This document shows positions 57,526 to 64,000 of a stretch of 64,000 nucleotides of DNA, one piece after another; the first letter of the stretch is position 1, and each line of letters begins with the position of its first letter. The position numbers and the translations under genes were made by a program. The notes under the pieces were generated by a model. That model ran no database searches and had not been told where the DNA came from. It worked only from the letters and a program-made list of their open reading frames with translations. The stretch lies in contig CM000208.1 of assembly GCA_000002445.1 (NCBI GenBank), positions 3,520,001-3,584,000 of the forward strand, written 5' to 3'. This stretch comes from Trypanosoma brucei. Its lineage: Eukaryota.

Positions 57526-58383
57526 ATGAACGATGCCGGTATGGGAAACTGGAGGGGGCCGCACATGGAAGTGAATGCCTCAGTTCCTCACAGCGGCGGC
57601 CCAATAATGACGCCCGCCGACGCCTACCGCGCTGCTCACGGCTCAATTCTTAAACTCCAACAGGGTTTGATTGGCCATGAGGAACAAGTAATGGGAGTAG
57701 TGCATCACATTCACTCTCTTGTCAGCGTGATTGAATCTCTACGGAAGCATTATGAAACGGTGGTAGAGGAACGGGATTACATTAAACGAACTCTGGAGGA
57801 GGCGGAGGAACGTTTGAAGGGTGTTCAGCGCTTACTGCAGCGCTACACGTCGGTAAATGATCCCGTGGTTGCCTCGGATGGGTACACTTACGAGCGGGAA
57901 GCGATCACCTCATACCTGGAGGAGTGCCAGTCGATGAATAATGTACCCGTGTCGCAACAAACAGGGGAGGAGCTGACGATGATGTTACTTCCCAATCGTT
58001 CTTTCCAGCGTTTTTTAAGCCAATTAATGGACGCAAAACCAGTGGAGGGCCGACACAGCAGCGGTAGCAGTGGAAACAGCAAGACTAACGCTACTGCCAT
58101 AAACACAGGTTCAGCAAATGGACAGAACACCGTAAGGGAAGAAATTGGAGGTGAAGACACTTCAGCGGGACCTAACAGTGAGCGATTGCACCCATGCATT
58201 CGGGTGTATGGCTACTGCAACTATAAGGATAGTTGTGCTTATGCGCTTTACCCATATGATGCTTGTCTTTCACATTTAAAGGGGAAATGCCGATTCCGCT
58301 CGCAGTGCCACGAGCGTCACGTGGACTTCCGTGGTCAATTAAATCAGGGCGATGCTGGTGGTGACACTCGAGGTGGTGGTTAA
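57526..58383 (+). CDS. U-box-like plus tandem CCCH zinc-finger protein (candidate RNA-binding E3 ligase), paralogue A
   Basis: N-terminal coiled-coil. VNDPVVASDGYTYEREAITSYLEEC...LLPNRSFQRFL matches the U-box core (DPV..s.G.TYER..I..WL....CP.T...L....L.PN..L+.LI). C-terminal CIRVYGYCNYKDSC...CLSHLKGKCRFRSQCHERH includes a C-x7-C-x5-C-x3-H unit. ATG confirmed. Confidence 0.6.
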   Translation: MNDAGMGNWRGPHMEVNASVPHSGGPIMTPADAYRAAHGSILKLQQGLIGHEEQVMGVVHHIHSLVSVIESLRKHYETVVEERDYIKRTLEEAEERLKGVQRLLQRYTSVNDPVVASDGYTYEREAITSYLEECQSMNNVPVSQQTGEELTMMLLPNRSFQRFLSQLMDAKPVEGRHSSGSSGNSKTNATAINTGSANGQNTVREEIGGEDTSAGPNSERLHPCIRVYGYCNYKDSCAYALYPYDACLSHLKGKCRFRSQCHERHVDFRGQLNQGDAGGDTRGGG

Positions 58384-58406
58384 TGGCTGGTGTTATGAAA
58401 GGGGCG

Positions 58407-58430
58407 TGCGTGTGTGTGTGTGTGTGTGTG
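58407..58430. repeat. (TG)n microsatellite
   Basis: gcgtgcgtgtgtgtgtgtgtgtgtgtg read directly, just 3' of the CDS stop at 58383. Confidence 0.9.
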
Positions 58431-61162
58431 AGACATTGTTACGTTTTCTCTCGATTGATATATGCATATACATATATATACCAAAGGATGTATACATACA
58501 TATATTTCTGCTTCAGAGGGTTAAATGAGAAGGAAAAAAAAACTGAAAGTGTAAGTGAACATTTATGTGAACGTGTTAGTGCTTGCGTTTGTGAGGTACT
58601 GAGTCGTGGTGGGTTTGGGTACCACGGGTTGTGTGAGAATAACATGCAAGTGAAAGCCAGTGACTCGTCAGTGGAGGGTGGAGAAGAATGAAGTTGGAGG
58701 TTAAAATAAATGAGGTGATGCATCATACGGCCGGTTACCTCAACGTGTCGGGGGCTGCGGCGTTTTCGTTGTGTTGATGTGCTTTTTGGGGTCCACAACT
58801 CGAGCCGCACTGCTGCTTTTCTTTCTTTTTTTTTGTTTTGTTTTGTTTAGGATTTTGATTTTCTCCCTTGTATCCGTGGTTATGTTGTAGTTGGTGTTGC
58901 CCGGGATAAATTTCACATGCTTTTACCTGAGGATGCGGAAGGGAAGAAAACTGCTGTTTTGTTCGGTCGGTCGTTTTGTTTTCACTTTTATCTTCTTGGT
59001 AATAACTGTTTGTTCTTTTTGTTTTTTTTTGCTTTTTTTTTGTTTCGTTTTTTTAAAAATATTTTCCTCACCTCGATTCTCTCATTGTTGACGTTGTCGT
59101 TGATGGTTGCATTTCTCATTTTTCGTTTGTTTGTTTTGAATTAAAGTTTTCCTTTTATGTTTCCTCCACAGTTTCCCCTCTTCGATTCGGTACGATGTGC
59201 TTATTTTTCCTCACACACGCACGCACAAACTCCGCCTCCGGTCGCGTCTTCTCGTCGGAACTTCAACTGGAGGAGAGAAGAAATAATATATATATATATA
59301 TATTTAAAGAAAGAGAAAGAAATGAATTACAACAAAAGCAAATAAAAGAGTAAATAACGTAACGTCACGCAACGGAGGGGAGGGGAGGGGATGGAAGGGG
59401 AAAAGAAAAGTATGCGAGTGAATGTAATTGAATAAATGAAGTTAAGAATATATATATATATATATATATAAACGGGTATGAATGGGGAGCAGGAGAAAAG
59501 AAGAGGGAAAAGAAAAGGGTGGGAAATGCAGGCGCATGTAACCAAGCAAGAACAACTGAATCAAATAAACAACATGACAAAAGGAAATAAAAGGGAAAAT
59601 GAAAGGGGATATAAAAGGAGGAGGAGGAGGAGAAAAAACAAAATTCCATAAAATGTCTTATGAGAAAAGGAAACACGGGTGGAAGGGGATGCCAATATTA
59701 GAGAGGGAGATTATTACTAGTAAAAGAAAGGTTTGATTAAGTGTGGGGAAAGGGCTGGTTTAACAACGATAATAACAAGGGGGGAGTGTTGCTTTTTATT
59801 TTGTTTCTGGTTGTTGTTGGTGTTGTTGGTTTTCTTTTCCTTTTTTTTTTGTGTGGGGAGGGAGAGGTGTGAGGAGTCGTGGGGGAGCTTTGTTAAATAG
59901 GGCGAAATGTTGCCATGAAAGGCGGTGAGGAAAGTAAAGGAAAGAAAAAAAAGGGTGGAAAGGAGTAATAATAAAAATAATAGTGGTAATAATAATAATG
60001 TGAGGGAGGGAGAGAGTGACACTTTCGCATTGCGCAACCGTCGTGCTTGTCTTCCTCTTTGGATGTCCGTTTTCCTTTTCTTTTCTTTTCTTTTTTTCTT
60101 TTTTGTTTTGTTTTGTTTTTTGAGCGAGAGAATGAGCAGGAGCGTCATGTTAACGGTGGACTGAATTGGTTTCCGTGTGCAAGTGATGTTGGAGAGAGAA
60201 ATGTGGGTTCATTTTATTTATATGTTGGACTCTTCACAGACTTTACTCTTCTTTCTTTTTCTTTTTCTTTTTGTTGTTGTTGTTGTTGTCAGCTTCCTCG
60301 TCCCCCGCGTGGCTTCACAAGCGTTGCTGAGGATTTGCTCATGCGCGCATGCTGTCGCTCAAAATCTCACAGAGAATGCAAAGGAAAAAAAAACATGTAA
60401 ACACAGAATAATATGCGCAACGTTTGCAGGGGGAATAGATGGCGACATTTTTCTTTTTCTTTTTTGTTTTGTTTTTCTTTTGTCATTCTTCTTCTGCGTT
60501 TTTTAAAGTTTTTTTAGTTTTTTTTCCCTCTTCTGTTCAGGTTCTTTGAAATTTTGTATATGTTATGAGTTTGGGCATCTTTTGCTCTTTGGTTACCGTA
60601 TTCTGCGTGAAGGAAGTTGTGAATGTTCGGATGGTAGAAACATTATGTCTTCGCGTTTGTAGTTGAATATGTGCGTGATTTTGCTTCCCCCTTTTTCGTT
60701 TGTTTTTTTTTGTGTTTTTTTTGTTTGTTTGTTTGCTTGTGTGTGTGTGTTTGTGTGTGTTTGTGTTTTCCCTCACCTTCACCACCAGTACCGTTTCTAT
60801 ATAAACACGGAAGGTGGAAATAAAACGAAAAAAAAAAAGAAGAAACGAAGCAAAACAAAAAAAAACTAATAATAATAATAAGGCAGGTACAAAAGGAAGC
60901 AAATAAACCTGGGTGACACGAAGTTATTGTGTGAGTTCCATGGAAGATCTTATTTTTGCAGAAACAAGTGTTTGGATATCCCCATGTGTCCGCGTATTTG
61001 CGGAGAATGCGAAGGGTAATCACACATTTCTGTGCTTCAAAGAAAAAAACAAACAAACAAATAAATAAATAAATGTATAAGTTGAGTGGGTGTTTTTGTT
61101 TTTTTTTCATGCGTTTGTTTGGCGTGCGTTCAAACTCTCTAGTCAGTTTCGTTCTGCCCTTG

Positions 61163-61197
61163 TTTTTATTTTTATTTTTATTTTTATTTTTATTTTT
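61163..61197. repeat. (TTTTA)6-7 pentanucleotide repeat
   Basis: tttttatttttatttttatttttatttttattttt read directly. Confidence 0.9.
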
Positions 61198-62977
61198 GTA
61201 CTTTTCTTTTCTTTTCTTTTTTACTTTACTTTTCATGCCTCCTTTCCTGCCTCTCATACATACCAAACACACGCGCATAAACATTTCTCCTTTCTTTTCT
61301 ACAGTGACATAGCACAACTACAACTGCTGCTGCTGCTGCTGCTTCTTCTTCTAGAGGAGGAGGAGGAGGGAAGCAGAAACTTGCAGACCTGCATGCTTTT
61401 CTTTTTTCTTTTTCATTTCATTTCATTTCTTTTTTTTTTGTTACCTCTTCCTTTTCTTTTTTCTTTCTTGTTAACGAAAGGAAAACGAAAAAAAAAATGA
61501 GAAAAATGAAAAGAAGAAGAGAGAACACACGAGTATCATTTGCTGTTGTTACGTACGCTTCACATACTCTTCCACCATACTCTCTCTCCCCCTCCATCTG
61601 TCTTAACTGTACTGCTGTCTGTTTATTGTTGTTTTTCTCGCACTTATCTGAACGGCATGACTACTGTTATGATATTCTCATCTTTTTGTCGCCCTATTGT
61701 TTTCTTTTTTCTTTTTTATTTTTTTACTTTTTGCTTCTTTGTATAAAAGTGTATGTCTATATAACAGTGAAGCGAGAAAGTATGAGATGTTATCATTGTT
61801 CATCCTTTACTTCCCTGATCCGCAAAACCCCTTAAAAAAAAAAAGAGAAAAGAGGAAGAGAGAAAGAAAAAAAAAAAAAGAAACACCTCTCCCTCCCCTC
61901 TTCCCTATTTCATTATATCGCCCCACCTCCCATCTCTTCTCTCCGTCTTTTGTTTACCTGATGTGGCTTTTTAAACCGGTTCCCGCATGCCGGAAATGAC
62001 TGTGCAGCGACTTGGGCATCGCTTTTATTTCATTTGTGCATAATGTGATGCAGGGGAGGAGATGGGTTGGGGTTAATGAAACCAGACACCACCACCGTGG
62101 GCTCATGAGGAGAGTGTAGTGGTAGTGGTGGTGGTGGTGGTGGGTTGTAGAGGGAGAGGGAATTCCATACGTGCGGGTAGGATTGCCTTTCCGTGCATAT
62201 ACACGTGTGGAGGGAAAAATAAATTGTGTTATTTAACGGCTTCACGAAGGGGGAGGGTGGGTGGTTTGCAAGGGAAGTTCTGTGGGAAGGTAAGCCATAG
62301 AGGTGCGTATGTGTACGTGCGTGGGGGTAGAAATCGGAACAAAATGGACAATGACCTGCCAGCGTGGTGCTATTGCGATGTGATTTGTGTTCCATTTTGA
62401 CGTTTCTTGCAGGGTGTTGGGGGGGGGGGGGCTCCACCGACGCCCTCCTGTTGTTGCAGAGTTGACTCTGTAGATATTTGTGGGAGTCTTTTCATGTTTA
62501 TTTGCTCCAATTTTGATGATCTTCTTCATCAGGTTGAACGATTCGATTGTGCTGCTGAGGGTGGAGGAGTGCAGTGCGCTGCACGGACTTGCAACCGAGA
62601 GTTTTGTTGTTTGTTTGTAATCGCCATCCTATTCCCTCCTTCCCCACCCCAACAAATGATTCCCCCGACCTTATTTCGTGTCTTGCTACTTTTACTGCGG
62701 TTACGCCCCTTTGTTAAGGGTATTGTCTCATGTTTTTATTTCTACTTTTCACATGCTGTTATCTCTCTCGCTCACACACACATGCATATATATGTATATA
62801 TAGTTTTTTTTATATTTTCATACCCTTGGCGACACTCAATTCCACGTAGGGGCGCGCCTCGGTTTAGCACCACAAGTAGAAGCAAATAAGAGACAATAAT
62901 CACGCGCAAGCGCGTACACGAGAGATCAAGTAGCTGTACGCGTACTGGAAACAAAAGCAAATCTTTCGCGGTGGATC

Positions 62978-64000
62978 ATGTACGGTAACCAGTCTAGTGG
63001 TGGACCGGAAACCCCACCGTTAGTGTGGAATGTCGCAAAGGTGCTGCAAGACGGTTTCAACAACCACCGCAGTTCCCTGCCGCAACTTCTCGGGATTGCG
63101 CACAATCTAGAGGAGACCTTGGAAAATACAAGACTAATGTACAACAAGGCCGTGAAGGAGCGTGATGAACTGCGCAACAAACTTGTCGCCGCACAAAATA
63201 GTATCGTCGCGGTGAAACGAGTCGTTGAACAATACGCCACTGTCAATGAGCCGGTTGTGGCTTCAGATGGCTTCACATACGAGAGTGAACTCATCCGTGA
63301 TTACCTGCGGGAATGTGCCAGTTCTCAGACCAAGGCATACTCGCAATTAACAAAGGAGGAACTGCTAGATGTACTGGTCCCCAACCAAACGTTGAGCCGG
63401 CTTGTAAAAATGCTTCAACAAGTTTGCCCCATGGATGTGCCACCGGTTTCTGTGCGCACTCCGATACCACCCTTCAAACCGCTTCAGCAAGGTGAAGTGG
63501 GAAGCAAGGGGGTGGGGAGTAACCTCAACTGGGCCGGTGACGAGCGTGGACCCGGTACATCAGCCATACAGGCATCAGATGTGGAAACAGCGATGGTAAG
63601 TGCAGCTACCACCCCGGGAGTTAGCGGTGTGCACAGTTCCAATGCACAGGCAGTTACCAGCAACCCCAACGGTGCTACCGCACGGCGGTGGGAAAACCGG
63701 CAGGCACAACAACCGCAGGTTTCTGGATTTACCGGGAAGAATTCCAACAGGAAACATCCTTGCCTTCGAGTGTATGGTCGATGCAACTTCTTGGAGGACT
63801 GTGCCTTCGCTAATTACCCGTATGGAGCGTGCCTCAACTACATTAAGGGTAAGTGCCGCTTTGGACAACACTGCAAGGAGCTTCATGTCAGCTCTGCTTA
63901 TCCTCGCTACGGTGACCAGCGTGGGGGCGGGGGCATTAATAGCGGCAACAACACCGCTAACAATTCCACCGCAAATGCCGATATTGCCACACCCACTGCA
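62978..64000 (+). CDS. U-box-like plus CCCH zinc-finger protein, paralogue B (5' partial; runs off the window end)
   Basis: Hand translation from the ATG at 62978 gives MYGNQSSGGPETPP...VNEPVVASDGFTYESELIRDYLRECASSQ...LVPNQTLSRLVKML...CLRVYGRCNFLEDCAFANYPYGACLNYIKGKCRFGQHCKELH. It is colinear with the 57526 protein. It is absent from the ORF track because there is no stop inside the window. Confidence 0.6.
   Translation, partial: MYGNQSSGGPETPPLVWNVAKVLQDGFNNHRSSLPQLLGIAHNLEETLENTRLMYNKAVKERDELRNKLVAAQNSIVAVKRVVEQYATVNEPVVASDGFTYESELIRDYLRECASSQTKAYSQLTKEELLDVLVPNQTLSRLVKMLQQVCPMDVPPVSVRTPIPPFKPLQQGEVGSKGVGSNLNWAGDERGPGTSAIQASDVETAMVSAATTPGVSGVHSSNAQAVTSNPNGATARRWENRQAQQPQVSGFTGKNSNRKHPCLRVYGRCNFLEDCAFANYPYGACLNYIKGKCRFGQHCKELHVSSAYPRYGDQRGGGGINSGNNTANNSTANADIATPTA

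Noticed and set aside
60643-61317. 224-aa K/N-rich ORF on the minus strand in the 58.4-63.0 kb spacer
   Set aside because: The translation is low-complexity and generated by (TTTTA)n, (TTG)n and poly-T/A tracts. It has no domain or start context and is typical intergenic low-complexity sequence.

Overview
This window appears to be a core chromosomal region of a trypanosomatid, most likely Trypanosoma brucei. The evidence is the absence of introns, densely packed same-strand gene runs, polypyrimidine tracts ending in AG upstream of each ORF, and a triplicated identical ADP/ATP-carrier array. A minus-strand polycistronic unit (about 0.5-24.6 kb) encodes RPS2, PEX13-like, two J-proteins, fibrillarin, a clathrin-light-chain-like protein, a kinase-CAP-Gly fusion, an STE-like kinase, PA2G4/EBP1-like, a MAK/ICK-like kinase, MBF1 and 3x ADP/ATP carrier. 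It diverges from a plus-strand unit (33.3-64 kb) encoding a hypothetical protein with a putative mitochondrial presequence, a GNL3/Nug1-like permuted GTPase, a CEP104 orthologue, a C-terminal-motor kinesin with an N-terminal VHS-like domain, an EHD-like ATPase, two hypothetical proteins and two U-box/CCCH paralogues. The two units are separated by an 8.6-kb ORF-free divergent strand-switch region that carries a (CT)18(GT)38 compound microsatellite and a flip in GT/AC strand skew; this is a candidate Pol II transcription start region. I found no prokaryote-style defence or operon system. The noteworthy items are unusual eukaryotic domain architectures and the structure of the strand-switch region. 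Several ORF-track starts are GTG/TTG artefacts, so I moved those to the first in-frame ATG. My manual coordinates may be off by 1-2 nt.
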